Below are positions 19,535 to 30,958 of a DNA stretch of 32,000 nucleotides, in pieces. The position numbers and the translations under genes are program-made. The DNA is from Dickeya solani IPO 2222 (GTDB lineage: Bacteria; Pseudomonadota; Gammaproteobacteria; Enterobacterales; Enterobacteriaceae), in assembly GCF_001644705.1 (NCBI RefSeq), contig NZ_CP015137.1:2520001-2552000 (forward strand), read 5' to 3'. Each line of letters begins with the position of its first letter. Within the stretch, counting starts at the first letter, position 1. The notes beneath the pieces were generated by a model that was not told where the DNA came from, searched no databases, and was given only the letters and a program-made list of their open reading frames with translations.

Positions 19535-20323
19535 ATGAGCACTTCCCGGATGCCAGCACTGTTTTTGGGCCACGGTAGCCCGATGAATGCGCTGGATGAA
19601 AACGACTACACGCTGGCCTGGCGTAAACTGGGGGAAACCCTGCCGCGTCCGAAGGCGATCGTAGCGGTATCCGCACACTGGTATACCCGCGGCACCGCGG
19701 TCACCGCGATGGATAAACCGCGCACCATCCATGATTTTGGCGGCTTCCCACAGGCGTTGTTTGATACCCAGTACCCGGCTCCCGGCGCTCCGGACGTGGC
19801 TAAGCGGGTACAGGATGTTCTGGCGCCGGTGTCGGTGTCTGCGGATTATCAGGAGTGGGGGCTGGATCACGGCACCTGGGGCGTGTTGATCAAAGTGTAT
19901 CCGGAGGCGGATATCCCGGTGGTGCAACTGAGCGTCGACGGCACCAAGCCGCCCGCTTACCACTATGAGCTGGGCCGTAAGCTGGCTGCGTTGCGTGATG
20001 AAGGCATCATGATCGTCGCCAGCGGCAACGTGGTGCACAACCTGCGGATGATCAAGTGGAACGGCGATGGCGCCCCCTATGGCTGGGCGACCTCGTTCAA
20101 CGATTTTGTTCGCAGCAATCTGTCCTGGCAGGGCGATGCGGCGGAGCACCCGCTGGTGAACTTCATGCAACACAATGACGCGGCGCTGTCCAACCCGACG
20201 CCGGATCATTTCCTGCCGCTGCTGTATGTGCTCGGCAGTTGGGATGGTCAGGAGCCGGTATCCACGCCGACGGACGGCATTGTGATGGGGTCGCTCAGCA
20301 TGATGTCGGTACAGGTTGGATAA
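19535..20323 (+). CDS. ygiD: 4,5-DOPA dioxygenase extradiol (LigB family)
   Basis: 262-aa ORF. RMPALFLGHGSPMN…VSAHW…IHDFGGFPQALF… is colinear with E. coli YgiD. Confidence 0.93.
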   Translation: MSTSRMPALFLGHGSPMNALDENDYTLAWRKLGETLPRPKAIVAVSAHWYTRGTAVTAMDKPRTIHDFGGFPQALFDTQYPAPGAPDVAKRVQDVLAPVSVSADYQEWGLDHGTWGVLIKVYPEADIPVVQLSVDGTKPPAYHYELGRKLAALRDEGIMIVASGNVVHNLRMIKWNGDGAPYGWATSFNDFVRSNLSWQGDAAEHPLVNFMQHNDAALSNPTPDHFLPLLYVLGSWDGQEPVSTPTDGIVMGSLSMMSVQVG

Positions 20324-20347
20324 CGACTGACCGTTGTAGCCGGTAAA

Positions 20348-20377
20348 GCACCTATCGCCCGAAAGGGCGATAGGTGC
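20348..20377. terminator. Perfect 13-bp hairpin between convergent ygiD and ygiC
   Basis: gcacctatcgccc (20348-20360), GAAA loop, gggcgataggtgc (20365-20377). U-tracts are poor on both strands, so function is inferred from its position between convergent genes. Confidence 0.5.
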
Positions 20378-20431
20378 GGTCGGCGCGAGGTAGCGGTGTT
20401 AAATATTAAGTACCGGATCTAAGTACCGGCG

Positions 20432-21592
20432 TTAATCCAGAATGATATGCGGATAGAAGCGGGATAAATCCTGAGTAATCAGCTCCCGGTCTTCCCGCAG
20501 ACCGATACCGCAAGGGGTATCGCCCACCAGCCAACTGCCGATCAGCGTGTAGCTGTCATTGAATCTGGGCAATGGGTGGAATTGCTGCACGATGGAGCCT
20601 TCCTCGCCATAGGGGCCGTCCACGGCGGCGATCTGCTGGCCCTGCCGGTAAATCTGTATGTTGGCGCCTTCGCGGGAAAACAGCGGCTTGACCACGTAGT
20701 CGCTCATCGCCGGCGGGTTATCTTCGGTGAAGTAGGCCGGCAGCAGGTTGGGATGGTTGGGGAACATCTGCCACAGCATCGGCAACAGCGCCTTGTTGGA
20801 CAGCACGCTTTTCCAGCCGGGTTCCAGCCAGCGTACCCCGGCGTCCGCCAGCTTGGTGGAGAAGGTCTCGCGCAGCATGAACTCCCACGGGTAGAGTTTG
20901 AACAGGTTGCCGATAGTATTGTCCTGCAGATCGGTAAATTGCCCGCGGTCTCCAAGACCGATCTCATCAATGTACAGGAACTGGCTCGGAACGCCGGCTT
21001 CCTGCGCGCAATCCTGCAGATATTGCACGGTACCGCGATCTTCCTCGGTATCCCGGCAGCAGGTGAAATGCATATTGCCGAAACCGTGATGGGTACGCAG
21101 ATATTCAAAGCGTTCGATCAGCTTTTCCTGCAGGCTGTTGTACTGGTCGGCGCGCTGCGGCAGCAGGCCGGCGTTGATCTGGTCTTCCAGCCAGATCCAC
21201 TGAAAAAACGCCGACTCGTACAGCGACGTCGGGGTATCGGCGTTGTTTTCCAGCAATTTAGCCGGGCTCTTGCCGTCGTAAGCCAAATCCAGCCGCGCAT
21301 AGAGCGCCGGCTGGCGCGACAGCCACGAACTGCGCACGAAGTCCCAGGTGTGGCGGGGGATGCGGAATTTGGTCAGCAGCGCTTCGCTGTTGACCACCTT
21401 ATCGACCACCTGCAGGCACATCCGGTTCAGTTCGGCGGTCGCCTCTTCCAGCTCTTCAATTTGCGCCAGCGTAAACTGGTAGTAGGCGTCTTCACACCAG
21501 TAGGGCTCGCCATACATGGTGTGGAACCGGAAACCATACTCGGCCGCTTTTTCCTGCCAGTTTGGGCGTTCGTTAATCGCAATACGTTTCAT
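20432..21592 (-). CDS. ygiC: Glutathionylspermidine-synthase-like ATP-grasp protein YgiC
   Basis: 386-aa ORF, colinear with E. coli YgiC (…[16 protein letters not shown]…[13 protein letters not shown]…). It starts 11 nt after the ygiB stop. Confidence 0.95.
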   Translation of the reverse strand: MKRIAINERPNWQEKAAEYGFRFHTMYGEPYWCEDAYYQFTLAQIEELEEATAELNRMCLQVVDKVVNSEALLTKFRIPRHTWDFVRSSWLSRQPALYARLDLAYDGKSPAKLLENNADTPTSLYESAFFQWIWLEDQINAGLLPQRADQYNSLQEKLIERFEYLRTHHGFGNMHFTCCRDTEEDRGTVQYLQDCAQEAGVPSQFLYIDEIGLGDRGQFTDLQDNTIGNLFKLYPWEFMLRETFSTKLADAGVRWLEPGWKSVLSNKALLPMLWQMFPNHPNLLPAYFTEDNPPAMSDYVVKPLFSREGANIQIYRQGQQIAAVDGPYGEEGSIVQQFHPLPRFNDSYTLIGSWLVGDTPCGIGLREDRELITQDLSRFYPHIILD

Positions 21593-21603
21593 AGCGGGTG
21601 ACC

Positions 21604-22365
21604 TTACCCCCCGAAGGAGCGGCGAATCGGCGTCGCGCTGCCGGTCTGGCGGGTGTTGCTGCCGGTGGCGGATGAGCTGCTGCTCGTCGTGCTTGTCGCA
21701 GAGCGATCCCTGTCCTGATTACCGGTCATGTTGGCTGCCGGCGTACTGTTGAGTTTGTTCACGGAGTCGCCAAAGCCGCCGCGAGTGGTAGTGATGCTTG
21801 ACGGTGCGACGCTGGAGGTCGGCTTGGGTGCCATCGCGTCTTTAGGAACGTTAATGGCGTGCCCGGTGGCGGAACCATAGCTTTTGCCGCTGGCGTCCAC
21901 GTAGCTGCCGTTGGCCGGGCTATTGGGGGTACGCGGGCTGAACACCGGTTGCTGTGCAAAATTGTTGCCGCCCATCAGTTTGCCCATCATGAAACCGGCC
22001 ATCAACGGCATCCAGAAACTGCCGCTCTGTTGAGGCGCGGCGGCGCTGGCCGTGGTGCTGGTTGTCGAGCTTTGCGTACACTGACTTTCGCCGAATGCCG
22101 CCACGCACTCTTCACGGGTGGCGTATTTGGGCGCGGTTCTTTCCGCTTCTTTCCGGGCGTTGTTATAGGTGGTGGTGCACTGGTCCTTCATGGCCGGATT
22201 GGCACGGGAGCAGTCGTCCGCGTTTTGGTAGAGCGATACGGTTTCGTCGGTTTTCTCGCAACCGGCGAGAATAAAGACGGCGCCGACAGCCAGCGCGATC
22301 GGCGCGATACGGTAATCCCAGCGCTTGCGAAAACGCGCGTGGTTGATGTTTGACGTTCTTTTCAT
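21604..22365 (-). CDS. ygiB: DUF1190 lipoprotein YgiB
   Basis: The start is taken at the internal Met ([16 protein letters not shown]…[21 protein letters not shown]), matching the E. coli YgiB N-terminus and its lipobox. It is 253 aa, with a longer Ser/Thr-rich C-terminal tail than the E. coli protein (223 aa). Confidence 0.9.
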   Translation of the reverse strand: MKRTSNINHARFRKRWDYRIAPIALAVGAVFILAGCEKTDETVSLYQNADDCSRANPAMKDQCTTTYNNARKEAERTAPKYATREECVAAFGESQCTQSSTTSTTASAAAPQQSGSFWMPLMAGFMMGKLMGGNNFAQQPVFSPRTPNSPANGSYVDASGKSYGSATGHAINVPKDAMAPKPTSSVAPSSITTTRGGFGDSVNKLNSTPAANMTGNQDRDRSATSTTSSSSSATGSNTRQTGSATPIRRSFGG

Positions 22366-22513
22366 TGTTGTTGATCCCAGAACAAAGTTGAACCCAGAGC
22401 AAAAGGGCATCGTGCCCATCATTTACATGTAGTAAAACGGTTTAAGAATAGGAGAAGGGTGAACAGCTTGTAAAGCGCCGGTGTACAAGGCATAGCCTGT
22501 CTGGATGCGGCGG

Positions 22514-22547
22514 ACGAAAAGAACAGGGGAGCCCGACGGGCTCCCCT
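22514..22547 (-). terminator. Rho-independent terminator of tolC
   Basis: aggggagccc (22525-22534), loop gac, gggctcccct (22538-22547). On the minus strand this is followed by gttcttttcg. It begins 8 nt after the tolC stop. Confidence 0.8.
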
Positions 22548-22555
22548 GCGAAGCA

Positions 22556-23968
22556 TCAGGGCTTAGCCTTGGCGGCGGTTTTTGCTGCCGCCGGCGTGGT
22601 TGCCGGTGCTGGCGTATCGTCGCCGATAGCGGCGGAGGTAGACACCGGTTTGCCCAGCATGGCGTTCAGGGTACGCAGGTCGTCTTCATTGAGCGTACCG
22701 AGCGCCTGCTTGAGGTTCAGCTGGTTGATCAGGTAGTCGTAGCGCGCGCCGGACAACTGCTGCTTGGCGTTGTACAGCGTGGTGGTGGCGTCGAGCACAT
22801 CAACGATGGTGCGGGTGCCCACCTGATAGCCGGCTTCCATCGCGTCCAACGAGCTCTGCGCCGAGATCACCGCCTGTTTGTAAGCGTTAACGCTGCTGAT
22901 GGAGGCAGAGATGTTGTTATGCGCAGAACGCAACGTCTGGATCACCGAGCGGTGTGCGCTTTCCATGCTTTCGCTGGACGCCACAAAGCTGTGCTGCGCC
23001 TGTTTCACTCTGGATGAGGTGCCGCCGCCGCTGTAGATCGGCAGAGAGAAGCTCAGCCCAACCTGATTCTGGCCCACATAGGTGTTGTTGAAACTGTCGC
23101 CTACCGCGCGGGAGCCGGAGTAGTCGGTATTGGTGACGCCGGTGGAGGCGGTCAGATTAAGCGTCGGCAGATGGCCGCTTTCCGCAGAGCGAATCTGCTC
23201 GCGCGCCAGATCCTGGCTCAGGCGTGCCGACAACAGGCTGAGGTTGCGGTTTTCCGCTTCTTTCAGCAGGCCGTTCACCGCGTCGGGTTTCTGCGGGCTA
23301 AAGCGATCGATATTCAGCCCTGCCAGTTGCGGATAGAACTGGCCAGTCACCTGACGCAGGGTTTCCATCGCGTTGTCCAGATTGTTGCGCGCGGTCACTT
23401 CGCTCGCCAGCACGCTGTCATATTGCGCGCGGGCATTCTGCACATCGGTGATGGCGACCAGGCCGACGTTGAAACGTTGGGTGGTCTGGTCCAGTTCGCG
23501 GTAAATCGACTGTTTCTGGGCGCTGACGTAAGACAACGAATCAATGGCGCGCAATACGCTGAAATAGGCGGTTGCGGTGTTGAGCAGCAGCGTCTGCTGG
23601 GACGTCTGGTAGCTGACGTCCTGAATGCCGGCCTGTTTTTCCTGCAGCGTCAGTGCGCGCCACAGCGACATGTTGAAGATCGACTGGGTCAACTGCAGCG
23701 AGGCGCTGGTCGCATTGCTGTTAATGTCTCGGCGGTCGCGGTATCCGCTGTTGTAGGTGTAATCCGCGCCTAAACCCAACTGCGGCAGCAAGGACGAGCG
23801 GGCTTCATTAATTTTCTCAAAAGCCGCGTCTCGGTTGGCGGCAGCGCTGCGTAAATCCGGATTGGTCGTTTTAGCCTGCTGGTAAACCTGTAACAAGTCT
23901 TCGGCCTGGCTTACGGCGCTAAAGCCGCCCAGACCCAGGCTGATGAGAAGTGGGAGCAGTTTCTTCAT
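22556..23968 (-). CDS. tolC: Outer membrane channel TolC
   Basis: The start is at MKKLLPLLISLGLGGFSAVSQA/EDL, the third Met of the ORF-track ORF, matching E. coli MKKLLPILIGLSLSGFSSLSQA. It is 470 aa and colinear throughout. The C-terminal tail is divergent, as is usual. Confidence 0.96.
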   Translation of the reverse strand: MKKLLPLLISLGLGGFSAVSQAEDLLQVYQQAKTTNPDLRSAAANRDAAFEKINEARSSLLPQLGLGADYTYNSGYRDRRDINSNATSASLQLTQSIFNMSLWRALTLQEKQAGIQDVSYQTSQQTLLLNTATAYFSVLRAIDSLSYVSAQKQSIYRELDQTTQRFNVGLVAITDVQNARAQYDSVLASEVTARNNLDNAMETLRQVTGQFYPQLAGLNIDRFSPQKPDAVNGLLKEAENRNLSLLSARLSQDLAREQIRSAESGHLPTLNLTASTGVTNTDYSGSRAVGDSFNNTYVGQNQVGLSFSLPIYSGGGTSSRVKQAQHSFVASSESMESAHRSVIQTLRSAHNNISASISSVNAYKQAVISAQSSLDAMEAGYQVGTRTIVDVLDATTTLYNAKQQLSGARYDYLINQLNLKQALGTLNEDDLRTLNAMLGKPVSTSAAIGDDTPAPATTPAAAKTAAKAKP

Positions 23969-24027
23969 TTGCATTCCTTGTTGTGCAGCAAAGTTTCTTG
24001 GTTGCGCCATCTGGAGACGATATACCT

Positions 24028-24048
24028 GTCGATTCTATCAGAATCGAC
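24028..24048. promoter_or_regulatory. Perfect 9-bp-arm palindrome in the tolC leader/promoter region
   Basis: gtcgattct-atc-agaatcgac, located 60-80 nt upstream of the tolC ATG. A third aatcga half-site lies at 24050-24055. Confidence 0.35.
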
Positions 24049-24056
24049 CAATCGAA

Positions 24057-24077
24057 TTAGGTGGCTGAATGTGCCAT
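24057..24077 (-). promoter_or_regulatory. marbox-like (MarA/SoxS/Rob-type) site upstream of tolC
   Basis: The minus strand reads ATGGCACATTCAGCCACCTAA. It fits 12 of the 14 specified positions of the AYnGCACnnWnnRYYAAAYn consensus. It lies 89-109 nt upstream of the tolC ATG. E. coli tolC is a known mar/sox/rob regulon member. Confidence 0.45.
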
Positions 24078-24371
24078 CTTTTCCTTGCGGTTATCCCAAA
24101 AGCCTATTTTACTTAGCGGCTTGTGGCTGGGCACAATGCCCGGCAGCATGCCAGAGGCTGCCCCGGCAGGATCGCCGTTTCCGGGTGTCGCAAAGACATT
24201 GCGTTAATACCGGGAACGCCTCATTCTTGCTGGTAGACTTTCCGCACCTGATTATCCGTATCGGGCTGGCACGATTGCATGACGAATATTGCACAAAACG
24301 GTGAGCGCCTGTCCACGTTTTCGCCACACAAAAATGGCTTGCCTGCCGTGTTGTTCACAGGAGTTGAGTTT

Positions 24372-25007
24372 ATGGCGTCCTCAGATACGCATCCCGGTAC
24401 TTTTACCAAAGATGATGTAGAAATTATTGCACGTGAAACGCTCTACAAGGGTTTTTTTTCACTGCAGCGCTATCGTTTTCGCCACCGTCTGTTCAACGGC
24501 GGTATGAGCGGCGAAGTCAGCCGGGAAATTCTGGAGCGCGGCCATGCCGTGGTGTTGTTGCCCTATGACCCGGTGCGCGATGAAGTTGTGCTGATCGAAC
24601 AAATTCGGATCGCCGCCTACGATACCAGCACGTCGCCGTGGTTGTTCGAACTGGTGGCCGGTATGATCGAGCCGGGCGAAAGTCTGGAAGAGGTGGCCCG
24701 CCGCGAAGCGCAGGAAGAAGCCGGGCTGGTGGTGAAGCGCTGCCGTCCGGCGCTCAGTTACCTGGCCAGCCCCGGCGGCACCAGCGAACGGCTGGCTATC
24801 TGGGTCGGCGAGGTAGACGCCGGCGCCGCCAGCGGCATTCACGGGCTGGCGGAGGAAAACGAGGATATCCGCGTGCACGTGGTCAGCCGCGAACAAAGCT
24901 ACCAGTGGGTGGAGCAGGGGATTATTGACAACGCCGCCTCTGTCATTGCCTTGCAATGGTTGGCATTGCACCATGAGACATTAAAAAAAGACTGGGTGGG
25001 CGGATAA
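24372..25007 (+). CDS. nudF: ADP-ribose pyrophosphatase (Nudix)
   Basis: The start is at the internal ATG 24372 (aggag SD 8 nt upstream), giving 211 aa colinear with E. coli NudF (209 aa). The Nudix box is [22 protein letters not shown]. Confidence 0.93.
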   Translation: MASSDTHPGTFTKDDVEIIARETLYKGFFSLQRYRFRHRLFNGGMSGEVSREILERGHAVVLLPYDPVRDEVVLIEQIRIAAYDTSTSPWLFELVAGMIEPGESLEEVARREAQEEAGLVVKRCRPALSYLASPGGTSERLAIWVGEVDAGAASGIHGLAEENEDIRVHVVSREQSYQWVEQGIIDNAASVIALQWLALHHETLKKDWVGG

Positions 25008-25429
25008 TGAAGCGCTATATCCCGGATTTCCCGGAAATGATGCGGCTAAGCGAAATCAACTTCGCGCAGTTACGCCGCTTGCTTCCCCGTAATGAAGAGG
25101 TGGGCGCGGCGGTAGTTTATCAGGTTCATAATGCCAGCTACCGTTTAACGATTCTTGAGTCTACGCGGTATACCGCGCTGGTGGAAATCCAGCAGATTGC
25201 GCCGTCGGTCAGTTACTGGAGCCTGCCGACGCTGGTGGTGCGGCTGTATTACGATGCGATGGTTGCGGAAGTGTGTTCCAGTCAGCAGATCTTCCGCTTT
25301 AAGGCACGTTATGATTATCCGAACAAGAAGTTACATCAACGTGACGAAAAACATCAGATTAATCAGTTTCTTGCCGATTGGCTAAGATATTGCCTGGCGT
25401 GTGGTTCAATGTCGGTTCCTGTTTGTTAG
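25007..25429 (+). CDS. yqiB: DUF1249 protein YqiB
   Basis: 140-aa ORF. Its ATG overlaps the nudF TAA by 1 nt (TAATG). It is near-identical to E. coli YqiB over the C-terminal half (…[44 protein letters not shown]…). Confidence 0.93.
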   Translation: MKRYIPDFPEMMRLSEINFAQLRRLLPRNEEVGAAVVYQVHNASYRLTILESTRYTALVEIQQIAPSVSYWSLPTLVVRLYYDAMVAEVCSSQQIFRFKARYDYPNKKLHQRDEKHQINQFLADWLRYCLACGSMSVPVC

Positions 25430-25430
25430 A

Positions 25431-25594
25431 TATACCCGTCATACTTCAGGTTGCAGGTGCGTTGGCCGCGTTTCCCGGCTCATTTCCGGGGCTCGCCCCT
25501 TGGGGGCGGCGTGCCGCAGCGTTAAAATCGGCGACGTAGATTTGTTATTCACCCCGGTTGTCGCCTTGCTGCAACTCGAATTATTGAGGGTATA
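25431..25594. repeat. ERIC/IRU-like intergenic repeat (MITE-like, divergent core)
   Basis: The left end tatacccgtcatacttcaggttgcaggtgcgttggc and the right end cgccttgctgcaactcgaattattgagggtata are imperfect inverted repeats. They match the termini of the enterobacterial ERIC consensus as I recall it (…GCCAACGCACcTGCAACtTGAAGTATGACGGGTATA). The central ~90 bp differs from the classical ERIC core. Confidence 0.6.
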
Positions 25595-25636
25595 GATCGA
25601 TTTGTTAGGCAGATTGCAAAGACCCAAGGACACTAT

Positions 25637-26464
25637 TTGGAAAGCCTGTTGACACTTCCTGTGGCGCGTGGGGCCAGAATCAGGATTTTACAAATAACAG
25701 ATACCCACCTTTTTGCCGGCGAGCGGGGAACGCTGCTCGGCGTTGATACTTACCGCAGTTATCAGGCGGTGCTGGACGCCATCGCCGCCCAGCAATGCGA
25801 CTTCGATTTGATTACCGCCACAGGGGATTTGGCGCAGGACCATACGCAGGAAGCTTACACGCGTTTCGCCGATGGTATCCGCCGCTTTAATGCGCCTTGT
25901 GTCTGGTTGCCCGGCAACCACGACTTTCAGCCCGCCATGGTGGATGTACTGGCCCGGTCGGGGATCGCGCCTTCCAAACACGTGTTGCTGGGCGAACATT
26001 GGCAGGTGATTCTGCTGGACAGCCAGGTATTCGGCGTGCCGCACGGCGAGCTGAGCGAGTATCAGCTGGAGTGGCTGGAGCGCAACCTGCAAAGCCAGTC
26101 GGAACGCCATACGCTGTTGATGCTGCACCATCATCCGTTACCGTCAGGCTGTACCTGGTTGGATCAGCACAGCTTGCGCAATGCCCACAGTCTGGACGCG
26201 CTGCTGGTCCGGTTCCCGCGCGTGCGCACCGTGCTGTGCGGCCATATCCATCAGGAAATGGATCTGGACTGGAACGGTCGCCGCCTGCTGGCGACGCCAT
26301 CGACCTGCGTGCAATTCAAGCCGCACTGCACCAGCTTCACCATTGATAATGTCGCGCCCGGTTGGCGCTATCTGGAATTGTTGCCGGATGGCGAGGTTAC
26401 AACCCGGGTGTGCCGCCTTGAAGGGAATGAATTTCTGCCAGATATGGATTCGGACGGTTACTGA
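25637..26464 (+). CDS. cpdA: 3',5'-cyclic-AMP phosphodiesterase
   Basis: 275-aa ORF starting at TTG (25637) with an aagga SD 6 nt upstream. E. coli cpdA is also known to use UUG. MESLLTLP…[10 protein letters not shown]…GDLAQD…GNHD… is colinear with E. coli CpdA. Confidence 0.95.
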   Translation: MESLLTLPVARGARIRILQITDTHLFAGERGTLLGVDTYRSYQAVLDAIAAQQCDFDLITATGDLAQDHTQEAYTRFADGIRRFNAPCVWLPGNHDFQPAMVDVLARSGIAPSKHVLLGEHWQVILLDSQVFGVPHGELSEYQLEWLERNLQSQSERHTLLMLHHHPLPSGCTWLDQHSLRNAHSLDALLVRFPRVRTVLCGHIHQEMDLDWNGRRLLATPSTCVQFKPHCTSFTIDNVAPGWRYLELLPDGEVTTRVCRLEGNEFLPDMDSDGY

Positions 26465-27045
26465 TGCCCACCCTGCTTTATCTTCACGGTTTCAACAGCT
26501 CGCCCTTGTCGGCGAAAGCCATGGCATTGCAGCAGTGGCTGGCGCAGCATCATCCCCACATTGATATGCTGGTGCCGCAGTTGCCGCCTTACCCGGCGGA
26601 TGCGGCGGAACGGGTGGAGCAACTGGTTATGGAGCGCGCCGGGCGGCCGCTCGGTTTAGTTGGATCGTCGATGGGCGGTTATTACGCCACCTGGCTGTCT
26701 CAGCGTTTTCGCCTGCCGGCGGTGGTGGTCAACCCCGCGGTGCGGCCTTATGAGCTGCTGCTTGATTTCCTGGGGGATCAGCAGAACCCCTACACCGGCG
26801 AGCAATATGTGTTAGAGTCACGGCACATTTACGATCTCAAGGTGATGCAGGTCGAGCCGCTGGAATCTCCGGATTTGCTGTGGTGTCTGCTGCAGACCGG
26901 GGATGAGGTGCTGGACTATCGTCAGGCAGTGGCCTATTACACCGCTTGCCGTCAGACGGTGGAATCCGGCGGTAATCATGCGTTTGTGGGTTTTGAACAC
27001 TACTTTGCGCCGATTATCGATTTCCTCGGATTGACGGCGAACTGA
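26464..27045 (+). CDS. yqiA: Esterase YqiA (alpha/beta hydrolase)
   Basis: 193-aa ORF. Its ATG overlaps the cpdA TGA by 1 nt (TGATG). It has the [11 protein letters not shown]-terminus and the GSSMGG nucleophile elbow. Confidence 0.93.
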   Translation: MPTLLYLHGFNSSPLSAKAMALQQWLAQHHPHIDMLVPQLPPYPADAAERVEQLVMERAGRPLGLVGSSMGGYYATWLSQRFRLPAVVVNPAVRPYELLLDFLGDQQNPYTGEQYVLESRHIYDLKVMQVEPLESPDLLWCLLQTGDEVLDYRQAVAYYTACRQTVESGGNHAFVGFEHYFAPIIDFLGLTAN

Positions 27046-27069
27046 TTCATCCTGGCGTGGCCGCGGTGA

Positions 27070-29127
<2,058 letters not shown>

Positions 29128-29139
29128 CGCCCGGGCACG

Positions 29140-30036
29140 ATGAAAGTCACGCTGGAAGAGATGCAGGCATTCGTGGTGGTGGTGGACAGCGGGTCCATCA
29201 CCGCCGCGGCCGGACAACTGGGGCAGACCACGTCCGGGATCAGCCGGGCGCTGGGCCGTCTGGAAAGTAAGCTCGGCATGACGCTGCTGCACCGCACCAC
29301 CCGCCGTCTGGCGCTGTCGGAGGAAGGGCAGATATTCCTGCAACATGCGCGGGATGTGCTGCAAACGGTGGAGCTGGCGGAGGAGCAGATTGCGCTGCGT
29401 CGCAGGAAGCCCAGCGGGCGGCTGCGCATCAACGCCGCCGCGTCGTTCATGCAACATGTGATCGTGCCGCTGATCCCGGAGTTTCGCCGCCGTTATCCCT
29501 GTATTTCGCTGGAGTTGAATACCGATGACGTGATTATCGATTTGCTGGAACAGCATACCGATGTCGCGATTCGTATCGGCGAACTGCGTGATTCCAGCAT
29601 CCATGCCCGGCTGCTGGGCGCCACCCGGCTGCGGATTCTGGCCAGCCCGGAATACCTGAGTCGTCACGGTACGCCGCTCGGCGTGGAGGCGCTGGCCGGC
29701 CACACCCTGCTGGGGTTTACCCAGTCCGAGTCGCTTAATCTCTGGCCGCTACGCAGCGCATTTGGCGATTACTATCCGATCGTGCCGACGATTGCGGCGT
29801 CCAACGGTGAAATGTTGCGCCAGCTGGCGCTGCGGGGAGAAGGTATTGTGCGGTTGTCGGATTTCATGACCCGCGATGATGTGGCGGCCGGTCGGCTGGT
29901 GCAGATTCTGGCCGACGACACGCTGGATATGCGCCTGCCGGTCAATGCGGTGTTCTACCGTAACACCGCGCTGGCCAGCCGGATTGTCAGTTTTCTGGAT
30001 TTCCTGAGCGAGAAAGTGACGCAACATCCGCTCTAG
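29140..30036 (+). CDS. LysR-family transcriptional regulator
   Basis: 298-aa ORF with an N-terminal wHTH (…FVVVVDSGSITAAAGQLGQTTSGISRALGRLESKLGMTLLHRTTRRLALSEEG…) and a C-terminal PBP2-type effector domain. It starts 12 nt after the parE stop. Confidence 0.9.
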   Translation: MKVTLEEMQAFVVVVDSGSITAAAGQLGQTTSGISRALGRLESKLGMTLLHRTTRRLALSEEGQIFLQHARDVLQTVELAEEQIALRRRKPSGRLRINAAASFMQHVIVPLIPEFRRRYPCISLELNTDDVIIDLLEQHTDVAIRIGELRDSSIHARLLGATRLRILASPEYLSRHGTPLGVEALAGHTLLGFTQSESLNLWPLRSAFGDYYPIVPTIAASNGEMLRQLALRGEGIVRLSDFMTRDDVAAGRLVQILADDTLDMRLPVNAVFYRNTALASRIVSFLDFLSEKVTQHPL

Positions 30037-30099
30037 TCGTAAAGCGGATGCCGCGTCGAGGGTAAATCGCCAGGGGTAAATAAAGCGACGTGGCCGGAA

Positions 30100-30681
30100 T
30101 CAGGCGAAAACCTGATCAAGGTGCGCACGGTAGCGGGCGATGTCCTGTTCCACGTCCGGCTGTTTGATGACGTCGTTGCAGATGAACGTGGGCAACGACG
30201 ACAGGCCGATGAACTGATTGGCCTTGTGGAACGGCAGGTACACGCCATCCACGCCGACGCCGTGGAAGAACTGATCGGGATCGGTGAAGGCTTCCAGCGG
30301 TGCGTTCCAGGTCAGCGACAGCAGATAGTGTTTGCCCTGCAACAAGCCGCCGGATCCGTATTTCTTGCTGTCGTCCGCGCGGGTGCGGCCGTCGCTGGCG
30401 TACAGGGAGCCGTGTCCGGCGGTGAACACGTCGTCGATGTATTTTTTCAGGATCCAGGGCGCGCCCATCCACCAGCCTGGCATCTGGTAGATGATGGCGT
30501 CGGCCCACAGGTAGTTCTGAATTTCCTGATCGATGTCGTAGCCTTCGTCCACCGTGGTGATGCGGACGTCGCGACCTTTGTCACGCAGGAAAGACGCGGC
30601 GACATCCGTCAGGGTACGGTTGAGTTCGCCTTTGGAATGACCAAAAGATTTTCCGGCGTTAATGATGAGTACGTTATGCAT
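30100..30681 (-). CDS. mdaB: NADPH:quinone oxidoreductase MdaB
   Basis: The start is at the internal Met (MHNVLIINAGKSFGHSKGELN…), 193 aa as in E. coli MdaB. …QMPGWWMGAPW…KKYIDDVFT…YASDGRTR… is conserved. A gagg SD lies 9 nt upstream. Confidence 0.93.
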   Translation of the reverse strand: MHNVLIINAGKSFGHSKGELNRTLTDVAASFLRDKGRDVRITTVDEGYDIDQEIQNYLWADAIIYQMPGWWMGAPWILKKYIDDVFTAGHGSLYASDGRTRADDSKKYGSGGLLQGKHYLLSLTWNAPLEAFTDPDQFFHGVGVDGVYLPFHKANQFIGLSSLPTFICNDVIKQPDVEQDIARYRAHLDQVFA

Positions 30682-30879
30682 GGCTGATGACCTCAAATGG
30701 CATAAATAAGCATGTGCTGGAGGCCAGTCTATCCGCCGGATTAACGAAGAAAAATGTGCCGTGGCGCACAACACTGTTGCCGAATCGTCAATAATCGTCG
30801 GTTTTGAACCGGGGTAAGGCGTTGCGGCAACGGGATGCAGTGAAGAGAGACACGACTTGCGGTACTATCCGGGCAGCTT

Positions 30880-30908
30880 TTGCCACCGCGTGGCTCATGG
30901 CGTAAAAA
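30880..30908 (+). promoter_or_regulatory. Candidate sigma70 promoter for parC
   Basis: -35 ttgcca (30880-30885), a 17-nt spacer, and -10 taaaaa (30903-30908), about 50 nt upstream of the parC ATG. Confidence 0.4.
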
Positions 30909-30958
30909 TTAAGCGAGTTTTTTGAACATGGCAAAACGCCACGGTTTAAGGATTATCA

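Noticed and set aside
20407-20429. A direct repeat of taagtaccgg x2, spaced 13 bp apart, just downstream of the ygiC stop.
   Set aside because: It is too short (10 bp, two copies) to distinguish from chance, and it has no associated structure or gene.
22401-22417. A small hairpin gggca-tcg-tgccc followed, on the minus strand, by TTTT in the ygiB leader. The inverted repeat cttgta-N11-tacaag at 22467-22489 is nearby.
   Set aside because: The stem is only 5 bp with a 3-nt loop, and the tolC terminator just upstream already explains termination. An attenuator role would be pure speculation.
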